NCBI GenBank assembly: GCA_963771885.1
Contig: CAVYVF010000022.1
Span: 256,001 to 320,000, forward strand
From: Candidatus Bathyarchaeota archaeon
GTDB taxonomy: Archaea > Thermoproteota > Bathyarchaeia > TCS64
Length of the DNA stretch: 64,000 bases
Direction: 5' to 3'
Part shown: positions 48,647 through 59,298 of the stretch, one piece after another
Numbering within the stretch: position 1 is the first letter of the stretch
Layout of the letters: each line of letters opens with the position of its first letter
The notes under the pieces: generated by a model
The model's input: only the letters and a program-made list of their open reading frames with translations
What the model was told of the DNA's origin: nothing
The model's database searches: none
Translations under genes and position numbers: made by a program

Positions 48647-49888
48647 GCGGGGGGAGGTCTCGCCCCGAGCCGAACTACCACGTCTATGTCCGCCCCGTCG
48701 CGGAGTATGTTGAGTGTAATATCGTCCCCCGGCTTCTTGTTGCGTTGGATGTAGAGGATGAGGTCGTAGAAGCTCTTCATAACGGTGCTATCCGCGCCGA
48801 GGATGACATCGCCACCGATTGAGACCTGCTCGCCGTCGATCGTGACAGTTCTCATCGAGCCCTTGACGCCGGCGGAGTTGGCTGGGCTCGGGATATTTAC
48901 GCTGCTGACCAGCGTCCCGTGTGTGCCTACCGGGAGGTTCATCGCCTCGACTAAGCTAGGGGTTAGGTCTAAACCAGTTATCCCGAGATAGGGGTGAACA
49001 TAAGTGCCATCCGCGAGCAGGCTAGGCAGCTCCCGTGCAATCGTGTTACTAGGCACCGCGAAGCCGATCCCCCTGGAGGTCTCCGAGGGGATAGCCGTGT
49101 TGATGCCAACGACCTCGCCCTTTAGGTTCATGAGGGGTCCGCCGCTGTTCCCTGGGTTGATGGCAGCGTCCATTTGGATGACGTCTACGATGGGGTAGTT
49201 GCCCGTTGAGTCCATCTGGCGTCCAGTGGCGCTGATGATACCGGAAGTTAGGGTGTTTGCCAGTCCGTAGGGGTTGCCTATGGCGATGACGCTTTCCCCC
49301 ACCTTGAGCTTTGACGAGTCCCCGAGAGGTAGAGGCTTAAGCATAGAAGTCTATAGCATCGATCCTAATGACGGCGACGTCTGAGTAGGGGTCAGTCCCG
49401 ATGATCTCCGCGTCGAAGATGGTACCATCGATGAAGGTGACGGTGACGCTCAACGCGTCCTCGACGACGTGGAAGTTAGTGACAATGTGTCCGCTCACGT
49501 CGAATATGAAGCCGCTACCCTGCCCCACTCCATCCTGACCAGTCGACCTGATGAGAACGACGCTGTCCCTCGTCCTGTTGTAGAGTTCTATGAGGAGTGA
49601 GTCCATCGGACCCGTGGTAACGGTCACGTTGACCGACCCGCTCTCGATGGCTTTCCTAAGCGACGAAAGCTCAGCGTTGACACTGCTGACCTGAGTGTCG
49701 AGGATTTGGACGGTCGCAGTCAGTGTCCCGATCTGGCTGTTTAGCTCCTCCACTTGCTGGTTCTGGTGGACGGTCATGTAGGCTACAACGCCGATGTTCG
49801 AGATCAACAATATCGCGACAAGCAGGGGCATCCAGATGCTCCCCGACGACCTCCTCTGGCTACCGTGGTAGAACCATTCGTCGCTCAA
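48643..49888 (-). CDS. htrA: membrane-anchored HtrA/DegP-like serine protease with PDZ domain, +1 frameshift near 49350
   Basis: TM anchor, coiled coil, GSGF, TNFHVV, DVAV, then [18 protein letters not shown] and PDZ. Confidence 0.9.
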
Positions 49889-50278
49889 TCAGGGTCCCTT
49901 ATGGGAAGCGGTATCAATGATGATAAACTCTCCCATTATCTCGATTTTGGGCTAAGTGAGCAGTTAATACGCTTGCCTCTGCTTAACGACTCTGCGCGCG
50001 CAAACACATATCGGTTACCAGCGCCACTAGTACACGTTCACTTACGCGCCTTCGAAAACCTACAATCATCCGAGTATAAACACGTTAAGCCACAATAGCA
50101 CCTGTTAAGATGAAAGACCAGCCGTTAACACACAAACGTCCATGTGAACCCCGATAACGCCTCATCAGCATGATAAGTTAACGTGCAACCACCCCAATAG
50201 TTCAGGAGCGCCACGCTTACCTTGCACTACACCAAGGCTCCAATATACCTTATACTGTTTCAGGAGTCGGACTTCGAC

Positions 50279-50396
50279 TTAACACATTTAACAAACTTAA
50301 CAACACCGCTAACAGCCTTAACAAACATAACAACGATGGTTAACAGGGTTAACAGGACTTAACAAGTCACTTAACACATGTTAACAAATTCAACAC
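50279..50396. repeat. phased TAACA repeat array in an 800-bp intergenic region
   Basis: TAACA at 50280, 50289, 50298, 50310, 50319, 50328, 50341, 50350, 50360, 50372, 50382. Confidence 0.85.
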
Positions 50397-50688
50397 TTGA
50401 TTATGTGCGCTTATTGAGCCAGATCGTTCACCATTGCGCAAGGTGTTAGGCACAATTATCGGCGTCTGGCACCGCTGCCCCCTCGCCCTCCATCTCTACC
50501 TCTGCCTCATAAACCCGCGCGCAGTGAAGGTGAGATGAAGGTTGACGGTAGGTACAAATCGCATGGTGTGTATGATCTGGTAAAGGAATACCATAAGTAG
50601 CCTCTGGGAGAGTCGGTGTTCAGTTGGCTGAATGATCAAGACGAGCGCGCGCATGGGTCGAGAAGCCACAAAGAATGACTGTGTTAGC

Positions 50689-51270
50689 TCACTGAGGCTT
50701 GTCCCAGACCCTCGGCTTGCAGACGATCTCTCTGATCCGCATGTCGAAGAACCTGTGCGTGTTGCTCGGCAGGAGGATGATCGCCACGTCGGCGCCGCCT
50801 CCGGTTCCCCCAAGGGCGATCACTTCTCTATCCGTCCGTATCAGCCCCGCATCCGCCGACATGCAGGCGCACTCACAGGCGACCTTCACACCAGCCCCGA
50901 AGAGTCGCAGGACGTGGGCGATGATCTCGTCGACCTGGATAGTGTTGAACTTCTTGTTGACGGCGCGCCCGAGCCCCCCGAAGGCGTGGCAGGCATGGAG
51001 TATCTTCCCGCCGCTCTCATCTATGACCTTCTTGTACTCTGGCTTCATTCTGTCCTGGTTTGGCTCCATGAAGCCTACCATGCCAGCGACGACGACGAGA
51101 TTGTACCCTTTGAACATCTCGGCAGCCATTGCGCCAGTCTCGCCCGAGTAGGAGGCGACTATAACGTCCCTGATCCCGAGCTCGTCGGCCCTCCTCTTCG
51201 CGAGTGTTAGTGCCTCGCGGCTGTTTGCCTTCCCCGGCTCTTTGAAGTAGATGGTCTCCACCTTGGACAT
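50689..51270 (-). CDS. stand-alone pyruvate-kinase C-terminal-like protein (MTH1675-like)
   Basis: YF.EPG..N, VASYSGETG, GVKVACE..M.ADAG, GGTGGGAD, EIVCKP. Confidence 0.8.
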   Translation of the reverse strand: MSKVETIYFKEPGKANSREALTLAKRRADELGIRDVIVASYSGETGAMAAEMFKGYNLVVVAGMVGFMEPNQDRMKPEYKKVIDESGGKILHACHAFGGLGRAVNKKFNTIQVDEIIAHVLRLFGAGVKVACECACMSADAGLIRTDREVIALGGTGGGADVAIILLPSNTHRFFDMRIREIVCKPRVWDKPQ

Positions 51271-51326
51271 GCGTTAAACCCAGAGACCACTCGCCGGGAG
51301 TGGATTTAATGTTTGGGAAAAGAGGG

Positions 51327-52355
51327 CTAGGTTATGTTGGGGACGACAAGGTATTTGAGGAATTCCTCGCCCTGAAGCCCCTGCTCCTTCGCCCAAGCGA
51401 CCCCTACTAGGTCGTCCTTCTCTAGCTCGCTGTAGACAAGGTAAGCCATGATTGGGTTGAAGCCGAAGTCGTTCGATGCCCGAGCCATGCGCACCGCCTG
51501 GTAGACGCCGTGGCGGAGATTCGTACGGATCAGCGCGACGTCCCCCTCGTAGATGGGGACGAGGATGTCGCTGTAGGGCTTCCCCAGGCTGTCCACAATC
51601 TCGCGGAGGTCACCGCCCTCAACGACGAGGTGTAGAACGTCCTTGCCTATCCCATAGGTGACGTCGAAGAGCTCCTCGGGACGGAGACCCTCACCTTCCT
51701 TCGGGGCGCGGCTCTGCTTAACAGCCACCAGGAAGTTCTCGATATCTGCCTCGAGCTCCACGATCCTGCTAATCATGAACTTCTGGTCGGCGGGTAGCTT
51801 CTCGACAGACTTGAGGATTGTTGTGCTGTAGACCTGCTGGAGCTCTAGCTGCAGAGGCCAGATCGCATCGTATTGCTTATAGGCTGAGACCTTCTCGGCG
51901 ACCGCATTGTATGCGGTTCCCTTGAGGAGCTCGAGCAACGCCTCCATGTCAGCTGCCTCGGCGAGTACCTGGTAGCTGGGCGCCTTGAAGGGCATCATGG
52001 GGACGAGACTTGCCTGAATCAGCTGAGGTGTCTCGTCGGCGAACTTACCCCTGATTATCCTGTCGAGGTTTAGTACCTCAAAACGCATGTAGTAGTATGT
52101 CTGCAGAAGTCCACCGATTCTACTCGGCACTATGTCGACTATCTTGACGATACGCTCGATAAATTTTTTATAAAAGATGCGCTCGAGGCTTATGCTCGGG
52201 TTAACTTCCGGGTCGAGCGTGAGCTGACCGTACTGCGTCTGCGCGAGCTGCTGTATGAAGTCCTCAACGCTGTCGACTGAGGCGATTGTCCTCATCTGGT
52301 TCGACGTCATTAGGTCGGCGAGGAGGGCGTGGCTCCTGACGACCGCGTATGTCAT
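51327..52355 (-). CDS. atpC: A-type ATP synthase subunit C (d)
   Basis: YAVVRSHAL, L..T.Y, E..N...IIRGK, D..N, YL...E.E; last atp gene of the operon. Confidence 0.8.
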   Translation of the reverse strand: MTYAVVRSHALLADLMTSNQMRTIASVDSVEDFIQQLAQTQYGQLTLDPEVNPSISLERIFYKKFIERIVKIVDIVPSRIGGLLQTYYYMRFEVLNLDRIIRGKFADETPQLIQASLVPMMPFKAPSYQVLAEAADMEALLELLKGTAYNAVAEKVSAYKQYDAIWPLQLELQQVYSTTILKSVEKLPADQKFMISRIVELEADIENFLVAVKQSRAPKEGEGLRPEELFDVTYGIGKDVLHLVVEGGDLREIVDSLGKPYSDILVPIYEGDVALIRTNLRHGVYQAVRMARASNDFGFNPIMAYLVYSELEKDDLVGVAWAKEQGLQGEEFLKYLVVPNIT

Positions 52356-52366
52356 CCCGGGTACCT

Positions 52367-52984
52367 TTATCTTTCCGATGCCAACGCACCCCCAATCAAC
52401 TTGATCCTGACGAGGTCTTCCATTTGCTCCTCGTCCAGTTTATCCTGTATGAACTTGATGACCATCTTCATGTCGGGAATGACCGTGTTTTCGAGAGCGT
52501 TTACCTTCCGGTTCGTCCTACCAAGCTCATCGGCGATGCGCTCGACGCGGCTCTCGAATTCGGCGAGGCGGATAATCTCTTCGAGTATGCTGAATATCTT
52601 ATCCGAGGCGTAGCTGAGTGTGATGTCCAGCTCGCCCTCAACCTTGGGCCTGCTGAGTATCTTGATGTACGGGTACTGCACACCCATGACGCTTTTTGGC
52701 AGGAGCTCGATGTCCAGCGTGCTGCGTATGCTATTCGCCTGGCTCTCGACCTCCGTCGGGCCGAGGCTCAGGTACGCCGCCTGTACCGACTTGTATGACT
52801 CCCCGAGGCTTTCGAGTAGCAGCCTCCTCCTCCCCCTGAGGACCTCGATGGACTCGCTGAGCTCCTTGGCGAGGTGGTCCCTCTTTAGCTTGAGGAACTC
52901 GGTGCCTCGCTCGATGAAGATGATGCGGCTCTGCATCTCCATGAGGTAACCCTTTGTGGGCCGGATTCCGCTGGTTGAAGACAA
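52367..52984 (-). CDS. atpD: A-type ATP synthase subunit D
   Basis: PTKG, LK.KRD.L, VMGV..P, T.RKVNALE..VIP. Confidence 0.93.
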   Translation of the reverse strand: MSSTSGIRPTKGYLMEMQSRIIFIERGTEFLKLKRDHLAKELSESIEVLRGRRRLLLESLGESYKSVQAAYLSLGPTEVESQANSIRSTLDIELLPKSVMGVQYPYIKILSRPKVEGELDITLSYASDKIFSILEEIIRLAEFESRVERIADELGRTNRKVNALENTVIPDMKMVIKFIQDKLDEEQMEDLVRIKLIGGALASER

Positions 52985-52986
52985 GT

Positions 52987-54384
52987 CTAGCTCTCTCTCT
53001 TACGGTACTTCGGGTGGTACTCCTTGATATACGCCTCGCGGACCCTGATGAGGTTCTCCTCGGGCAGCATGGCGAGTAGGTCCCACGCTAGGTCGAGGGT
53101 CTGCTCGATAGTCCTGTTCTCGTAGCGGCCCTGATTTACGAATTTGTTCTCGAAGGCGTCCGCGAATTCTAGCCACCTGCGCTCACGGTCGCTGAGTCCG
53201 ACGGTTCCGACGATGCGGACGAGTCCACGTGCGCGTGTGCCCTCCGCGTAAGCCATGTAGAGCTGGTTAGAGACGTCCTGGTGGTCCTTGCGGGTCGTCT
53301 TGGCGCCGATTCCGTCCTTCATGAGCCTGCTTAGGCTAGGGAGGACGTTCATGGCCGGGTAGAGGCCCTTTAGGGAGAGCTCGCGCTGGAGGAGGAGCTG
53401 TCCCTCGGTGATATAGCCTGTGAGGTCTGGTACTGGGTGGGTGATGTCGCCAGCAGGCATCGAGAGAATAGGCATCAACGTGACCGAGCCCTTTTTCCCG
53501 GTGATGATTCCGGCGCGCTCGTAGATGGTTGCGAGGTCTGAGTAGAGGTATCCGGGGTATCCCTTCCTAGTCGGGATCTCCTCCCTGGCGATGCTGATGC
53601 TGCGCAGAGCCTCTGCGTAGTTCGTCATGTCAGTGAGGATGACCAGGACGTGTAGACCCATGTCGAAGGCGAGGTACTCGGCAACGGTTTGCGCGATGCG
53701 TGGAGTGATTATGCGCTCGATCGGAGGATCGTCCGCGAGATTGAGGACGAGCACGCTCTTGTTTAGTGCGCCAGTCTCCTCGAACTCCTTGCGGAAGAAG
53801 TCAGCCTCTTCGTTCTTGATGCCCATTGCGCCGAAGACGATGGCGAAGTCGCTCTCCTTTCCAGGAATCGTCGCCTGGCGGGCGATCTGGGCGGCTAGCA
53901 TGTTGTGATGAAGACCAGACTCGCTGAAGATGGGGAGCTTCTGACCCCTGACGAGGCTATTCATGCCGTCAATGCTGCTCATGCCGGTCTGGACGAAGTC
54001 GCTCGGGACTGCGCGCGCAGCGGGATTAATTGTTCCGCCGTTTACGTCTCGTACATCGTCGCTCATTGGTTTCGGCATGCCGTCACGCGGCTCGAAGTTA
54101 CCGCTGAAGACCCTACCGATCAGGTCGCTTGTGACGGGGATCTTCTGGGTCTCGCCGGTGAACCTGACGCCGACATTGAGGTCCATGCCTGAGGTGTTTC
54201 CGAAGCACTGAACCATTGCCCAGTCCTTGGATACCTCTAGAACACTTCCGGAGACCTCGTAGCCGGAGTCTGTTCGTATGCGAACGATCTCATTGTAGCT
54301 GATGCCCTTGACGTTCTCGACGAAGAGGATGGGGCCGCGGATCTCCTTCACGGTCTTGTAGACTAGTCCTGCTTGTTCTGCCAT
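52987..54384 (-). CDS. atpB: A-type ATP synthase subunit B
   Basis: [45 protein letters not shown]. Confidence 0.96.
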   Translation of the reverse strand: MAEQAGLVYKTVKEIRGPILFVENVKGISYNEIVRIRTDSGYEVSGSVLEVSKDWAMVQCFGNTSGMDLNVGVRFTGETQKIPVTSDLIGRVFSGNFEPRDGMPKPMSDDVRDVNGGTINPAARAVPSDFVQTGMSSIDGMNSLVRGQKLPIFSESGLHHNMLAAQIARQATIPGKESDFAIVFGAMGIKNEEADFFRKEFEETGALNKSVLVLNLADDPPIERIITPRIAQTVAEYLAFDMGLHVLVILTDMTNYAEALRSISIAREEIPTRKGYPGYLYSDLATIYERAGIITGKKGSVTLMPILSMPAGDITHPVPDLTGYITEGQLLLQRELSLKGLYPAMNVLPSLSRLMKDGIGAKTTRKDHQDVSNQLYMAYAEGTRARGLVRIVGTVGLSDRERRWLEFADAFENKFVNQGRYENRTIEQTLDLAWDLLAMLPEENLIRVREAYIKEYHPKYRKRES

Positions 54385-54385
54385 C

Positions 54386-56146
54386 TTAGCTCACCCCGTA
54401 GGTCTTGGCGAGTTCGCCGACCTGCTTAACCATCTCCTGCTTTGCGAGGTCTATCGACTCTGAGCCTTTGCGCTCCTTGAGTCTCATGATCTCGGTTACT
54501 ATTGGTAGCTCGCGAACCTTTTCGATGGGGACGCTCTGCTTGACGAGTCCATCGACCATCTTGTTGAACTCGATGATAATGCGTAGGAGCTTCGTTTGCT
54601 TCTCGGCGTCGCAGTATGTGTCAATCTCGTGGTATGCTGCCTGTACGAGGAATCCCTCGCGGAGGAGCTCGGCGACGAGCAGCACTAGGCGCTGGTCATC
54701 TGGGAGGCTCTTCTCACCGATTATGCGGGCGGTCTCCTCAATCTGGGCCGCCTCCTCGAGTATGCTCATTGCCTTAGCGCGGTTGCTGAGCCAGTCCTTG
54801 TCGTACTGACTCCACCACTCGGCGCTGATTTCGAGGTAGCGTGTGAAACTTCTCAGCCAGTTGATGGCTGGGAAGTGGCGGCGCTGTGCGAGGCTGCTGT
54901 CGAGAGCCCAGAACGTTCCAATGAAGCGTAGCGTATATGTTGTGACTGGCTCGCTAAAGTCTCCGCCTGGCGGGGAGACAGCTCCGAGCATCGTGACGCT
55001 TCCTAGTCGCTCCTGTGAGCTGTGGACAATAGCACGCCCGGCGCGTTCGTAGAGCTCTGCGATCCTGTCTGGGAGATAAGCTGGGAATCCGGCCTCTGCA
55101 GGGATCTCACCTAGGCGGCCCGAGATGTCACGCAGTGCCTCGGCCCACCTTGAGGTGGAGTCGGCCATGACGGCTACGTCGTAGCCCATGTCTCTGAAGT
55201 ACTCGCCGAGGGTTACACCCATGTAGATTGAGGCCTCGCGGGCTGAGACGGGCATGTTCGAGACGTTTGCGACGATTACGGTCCTCTCGATGAGGTTGCG
55301 CCCACTCCTCGGGTCCTTAATGTAGGGGAAATGGGCGACGACGTCGGCCATCTCGTTTCCGCGCTCACCGCAGCCGATGAGTATGATGATGTCTGCGTCG
55401 CTCCACTTGCTGATCTGCTGGAGTGTAACGGTCTTCCCGGTTCCAAATCCTCCGGGGATCGCGGCTGCGCCTCCCTTAGCACATGGGAAGAAGGTGTCGA
55501 TTACGCGCTGACCCGTGAGAAGGGGGACGCTTAGTGCGAGCCTCTGCTTTACGGGTCTGGGCCTTCTGACGGGCCATTTCTGCATGAGCTTGAGCTCCTT
55601 AACCCCCTCGGGGGTCTCCAGCTCGCCGACGACGTCCTCGACGGTGAACTCGCCCTTGTGGATGCTCTTGATGATTCCGTTCATATTCGGCGGGACCATG
55701 ATCTTGTGGACGAAACTCTTCGTCTCCTGGACGTTGCCGATGAAGTCGCCGGGGCCTACCTTGTCTCCCTTCTTAACGGTTGGGACGAACTCCCACTTCT
55801 TGTTCCTGTCGAGCGGCGGGACGCTGGTTCCCCTGCTTACGAATGGGCCGGTCCTGTTCCAGAGCTCGGTCTCACTACGCTCGACACCGTCCATGATGGC
55901 GCCCATGATGCCTGGGCCTAGCTCAGCCATGAGTGGCTCGCCGGTGTCGTTCACTGGCTCGCCGGGGCGGATGCCGTCTGTGATCTCGTAGCACTGGCAG
56001 AAGGCAGTCTGTCCGTCGAGGCGGACGATCTCGCCCATTAGTTTGAGGTTGCCTACCTCGACTAGGTCACCGATCTTCGGCGCCTCGGTGAACGTTGCCC
56101 TGATGAGTGAGCCGTTGATTCGTTCGATTGTGCCTATGATCCCCAT
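54386..56146 (-). CDS. atpA: A-type ATP synthase subunit A, no intein
   Basis: [41 protein letters not shown]. Confidence 0.97.
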   Translation of the reverse strand: MGIIGTIERINGSLIRATFTEAPKIGDLVEVGNLKLMGEIVRLDGQTAFCQCYEITDGIRPGEPVNDTGEPLMAELGPGIMGAIMDGVERSETELWNRTGPFVSRGTSVPPLDRNKKWEFVPTVKKGDKVGPGDFIGNVQETKSFVHKIMVPPNMNGIIKSIHKGEFTVEDVVGELETPEGVKELKLMQKWPVRRPRPVKQRLALSVPLLTGQRVIDTFFPCAKGGAAAIPGGFGTGKTVTLQQISKWSDADIIILIGCGERGNEMADVVAHFPYIKDPRSGRNLIERTVIVANVSNMPVSAREASIYMGVTLGEYFRDMGYDVAVMADSTSRWAEALRDISGRLGEIPAEAGFPAYLPDRIAELYERAGRAIVHSSQERLGSVTMLGAVSPPGGDFSEPVTTYTLRFIGTFWALDSSLAQRRHFPAINWLRSFTRYLEISAEWWSQYDKDWLSNRAKAMSILEEAAQIEETARIIGEKSLPDDQRLVLLVAELLREGFLVQAAYHEIDTYCDAEKQTKLLRIIIEFNKMVDGLVKQSVPIEKVRELPIVTEIMRLKERKGSESIDLAKQEMVKQVGELAKTYGVS

Positions 56147-56147
56147 T

Positions 56148-56789
56148 TTACTCGGCCTCCAGTACCTTCGTGAGCTCCACGTTAAGCTTAGTGCGAGCCT
56201 TGGCTACTCTTCCCTCGAGGGTATTGTGGTACACCTTTGTTCCCTCGGCGTTCTTTACTACGGCACCGCCGATCGCTGAGATGGGGGTGGCGTCGACCTT
56301 GAGAGTGACCTTTGCGCCGACCGCCTTCGCTATGTCGGCTTCTAGCTTCTTATGGTTCTTCATGAGGTCTGTTATGTCGGCGTCGTTAACTGAGATGACG
56401 AAATCCTCGCCCCCGATCGCTGTAACCGCCTCGGCGATGAGCTTCATGAGTATCTCGTGGTACGCCTTCTTGTCGGCTGTGAGTTCCTTGAGTTTTTTCT
56501 CGGCGTCGCTGTAGATCTGCTGAAGTGTCTCCTCACGGGCGACCATAAGCTGCTTGCGGCTGTCGAGCTCGACGCCCCCTACGATCCTGTCGCGGACTCC
56601 GCGGAGGACGCTGGCGACTATATTGAGAATTTGGCGGTCAGCCTCGGACTTGAAGCGCTGCGCCTCCTTCTCGGCGTTCTCGACGAGCGTCTTCGCCTCG
56701 GCGTCCGCCTTGGCGATCATCTCGTCGCGCTGCGCCATAGTACGCTCGATGAGCCTCGTCTCTAGGTCTAGGCTGCTTGCTTGGCTCAT
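56148..56789 (-). CDS. atpE: A-type ATP synthase subunit E
   Basis: N-terminal coiled coil and IGG.VV..G...NTLE.R globular end. Confidence 0.88.
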   Translation of the reverse strand: MSQASSLDLETRLIERTMAQRDEMIAKADAEAKTLVENAEKEAQRFKSEADRQILNIVASVLRGVRDRIVGGVELDSRKQLMVAREETLQQIYSDAEKKLKELTADKKAYHEILMKLIAEAVTAIGGEDFVISVNDADITDLMKNHKKLEADIAKAVGAKVTLKVDATPISAIGGAVVKNAEGTKVYHNTLEGRVAKARTKLNVELTKVLEAE

Positions 56790-57115
56790 GGAAGTACCTC
56801 CTTGATGACGAGGTCGATGCTTGTGTCCCTCTTACTCTTTGGAAGCTTCTTGATCGCCTCGATCTTCTGCTGGTACTGGGCCTTGATCTTCTCAGCCTCC
56901 TTCTTGGCACGGCTCTCCTCAGCCTTTACGAGGTCGTCGATACCGGCGCCGCGCTGTGCCTTGGACTTCTTCTCCTCGGCCTCGGCCTTCGCCTTGTTGA
57001 GTGTCTCTTCGGAGCGGCGCTTTGCGTCCGCGAGCTTCTGCTGGCTCTCCTTCTCAGCCTCCTCGAGGATGGTTTGGAGCCGTTTGCCGACGGATAGGAC
57101 CTTCTTTACTTCCAT
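56786..57115 (-). CDS. atpH: A-type ATP synthase subunit H (G)
   Basis: About 109 aa Glu/Lys/Ala coiled coil from ATG 57115, overlapping atpE. Confidence 0.75.
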   Translation of the reverse strand: MEVKKVLSVGKRLQTILEEAEKESQQKLADAKRRSEETLNKAKAEAEEKKSKAQRGAGIDDLVKAEESRAKKEAEKIKAQYQQKIEAIKKLPKSKRDTSIDLVIKEVLP

Positions 57116-57117
57116 GT

Positions 57118-57436
57118 TTACAACTCCAGCTTTGTTCCGATTGCAAGCGATATGACTGCCTGTAGCTCCTGCATCCTGTCGCCCGTCTCCATAGTGAAGT
57201 CTGGCACCAACGCGAAGACGGGCGAGATGGCGCCTCTCTTTAGGACCTGCTCCCGGACTAGAGAGAGTCTCAGCTGCGAAGCGCTCGGGGAAGATTATGA
57301 GCTTGTACTTTTTCTCGTCCACGAGGCGGCTTAGGGTCGAGGCGGTCTCCTCGCCGTTTACGCAGTTGTATCCCTCGGCTCCGATCAGCTGGAAGCAGGT
57401 GATGAAGGATGAGGGCCCTATGACAGCGACGCTCAT
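57118..57436 (-). CDS. atpF: A-type ATP synthase subunit F, +1 frameshift near 57260
   Basis: VAVIG..ITCFQLIG; the corrected frame gives ..PVFALVPD..VISLAIGTKLEL* ending at 57118. Confidence 0.8.
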
Positions 57437-57479
57437 TTCCTAATTGCAGACCCTGCTTGCATTAAAAAAACTTATGTAA

Positions 57480-57780
57480 AGTGGGGGTTAGGGTGGCTCT
57501 GCTTTGGGTCGCGTAGGGGTGTTTGTGGTCTCCGATGGGGTGTGACTGGTGACGTGGCATGTACGAGTGGTTTCCTGTTTCCTCCGCCGCCGCTGTGTTT
57601 TTCGTTTTTTGGGCTCTTTGGTGTTTTGGATTTGTTATCTGGGTAGGTTAGCGGCGGAGTGAGGTTGTGGTTCCGCGGTGGGTATACAGATGGGGTTCGG
57701 CGTGGTTTAGACAGGCGATGTTTACCCTGTGTGAGTGGCAAAGTACCCTCTACGGGGTGGTATGTGAAAAAGGGGTTGGG
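57480..57780. other. G/T-skewed low-complexity intergenic region
   Basis: Plus strand dominated by G and T runs between nuoM and atpF. Confidence 0.5.
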
Positions 57781-57783
57781 CGC

Positions 57784-59298
57784 TTAGACGCCCGCTGCGA
57801 AGAAGGGGGAGAGGTAGTCGGTTATCAGCGTCGGCCATATGCCCAGCACGATGACGAGCACCGCGAAGATGATTATGGGCCCCAGCATCATCATCGGCGC
57901 GTCCTTCACCTGTTTGAGGTGCTCTGGGAGCGGGCCGTAGAAGACCCTGCGGATGAGCCAGAAGGCGTAGCCGATCGTTAGGACCGTCATTATGATTCCG
58001 ACTATTCCCGCCCAGACTAGCTCGGGGGTCGCCAGACCGTTGTTGAAGACGCCCGCGAAGATGAAGAACTTACTCATGAAGCCCATCGTCGGCGGGACGC
58101 CACCAATGGTAAGGAAGCCTATGACGGCCATTACAGCTGTCCAAGGCATCCTGTCAGCGAGTCCTCCCATCTTCTTGATGCTCCTCGTGGCAGTTTGGCT
58201 GATGAGCACTCCCGCAACTAGGAAGAGAATAGCCTTGCCGAAGCCGTGGCTGATGTAGTGGAACATCGCGCCAACTTCGCCGTTCGGCGTTACGCTGGCG
58301 AGGCCAAGGAAGATGTAGCCCATCTGGCTGATGCTGCTGTAGGCGAGGAACCGCTTTATGTCGTCCTGCGTCAGCGCCATCATGCCGCCATAGATCATCG
58401 TGACCAGCGCCCAGAGTGTGAAGACCCAGCTGAAGGTCTGGAAGACTGGGGTCATGGGTATGATTACGAGGCGGAGCGCCGCGTAGGCGCCTATGCCTAT
58501 CATCGCGGGGCTCAGAAGAGCCGAGATCGGGGTGGGTGCCTCAGCGTGTGCAAAGGGTAGCCATGTGTGCAGGCCGAAGACGGCCATCTTCGTGAAGAAG
58601 GCGAAGAGCATCGCCATCGCTATCCAGCCGGCGTTGCTCACTCCTATCAGCCGAGTCAGGCTGCTTATTTCGAAGCTGCCCGTGATGGTGTAGGCGGCGA
58701 GTATGCCGGCGAGGAGGATGACGGCGCCGATCGTCGTCCACATAAAGTAGATCATGCCGATCTTCTCACGGTCGCCGTAGCCATAGTTGTTGATGAGCAG
58801 CCAAGAGGGGATGAGCATCAGCTCGTAGAAAACATAGAACTGGATGAGGTTCGTAGACATTACGGTACCGAGCATACCGACCGTGTAGAGCAGGTATAAT
58901 GCGAAGTAGGAGGCGTAAGCGTCGTTACCCTTCTTCTCGTGTGTCTCGTGCTCCCACTCGTGGAACCTGTGCTCCATGTAGGGCATGCTGTAGACTGTTA
59001 TGGCTAGGCAGAGTATGTTGATGGTCAGGAGGACCCAGATACTGAGTCCATCCGCCAGCAGCGTGAAGGCTAGACCTACCTGTGGAGCCCACTGGTGTAC
59101 TTCACGATAGACTCCACCGTCCTTGATGTCGAGGGCGATCGTGCCCAAGAGGGCAAGGGAGACTATGAGAGAGGCGGCGACTATCCAACCGACGTTCTTT
59201 CCCATCGTCCTTCCGGCGAAGTATGTCACAGCGACGGCTAGGAGCGGTATCGCGAGCGCGTAGATCAAGCTGTTTTCAAGTATCATGTCATCATGCAC
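57784..59298 (-). CDS. nuoM: complex I-like antiporter subunit M
   Basis: FYVFYELMLIP, K..VFGLHTWLP.AH.EAP, DIKR.LAYSSISQMG. Confidence 0.85.
   Translation of the reverse strand: MHDDMILENSLIYALAIPLLAVAVTYFAGRTMGKNVGWIVAASLIVSLALLGTIALDIKDGGVYREVHQWAPQVGLAFTLLADGLSIWVLLTINILCLAITVYSMPYMEHRFHEWEHETHEKKGNDAYASYFALYLLYTVGMLGTVMSTNLIQFYVFYELMLIPSWLLINNYGYGDREKIGMIYFMWTTIGAVILLAGILAAYTITGSFEISSLTRLIGVSNAGWIAMAMLFAFFTKMAVFGLHTWLPFAHAEAPTPISALLSPAMIGIGAYAALRLVIIPMTPVFQTFSWVFTLWALVTMIYGGMMALTQDDIKRFLAYSSISQMGYIFLGLASVTPNGEVGAMFHYISHGFGKAILFLVAGVLISQTATRSIKKMGGLADRMPWTAVMAVIGFLTIGGVPPTMGFMSKFFIFAGVFNNGLATPELVWAGIVGIIMTVLTIGYAFWLIRRVFYGPLPEHLKQVKDAPMMMLGPIIIFAVLVIVLGIWPTLITDYLSPFFAAGV

Noticed and set aside
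49916..49990. C/D box sRNA starting at ATGATGA
   Set aside because: No CTGA D box at a suitable distance
50279..50396. CRISPR array or coding repeat
   Set aside because: Units are 5-6 bp with 4-8 bp gaps, there are no cas genes, and the spacing breaks reading frames
16166..56146. Inteins in NrdJ, PolB or AtpA
   Set aside because: All have normal lengths and contiguous motifs
56786..57436. Apparent AtpF-AtpH fusion (216-aa ORF)
   Set aside because: Removing one base near 57260 restores a normal AtpF ending at 57118, followed by a separate ATG at 57115
57485..57493. Telomere-like GGGTTAGGG
   Set aside because: Single copy within a G/T-rich tract, expected by chance
57472..57981. ORFs 57472-57741 (-) and 57667-57981 (+)
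   Set aside because: Low-complexity products that reflect the G/T skew, with no motifs
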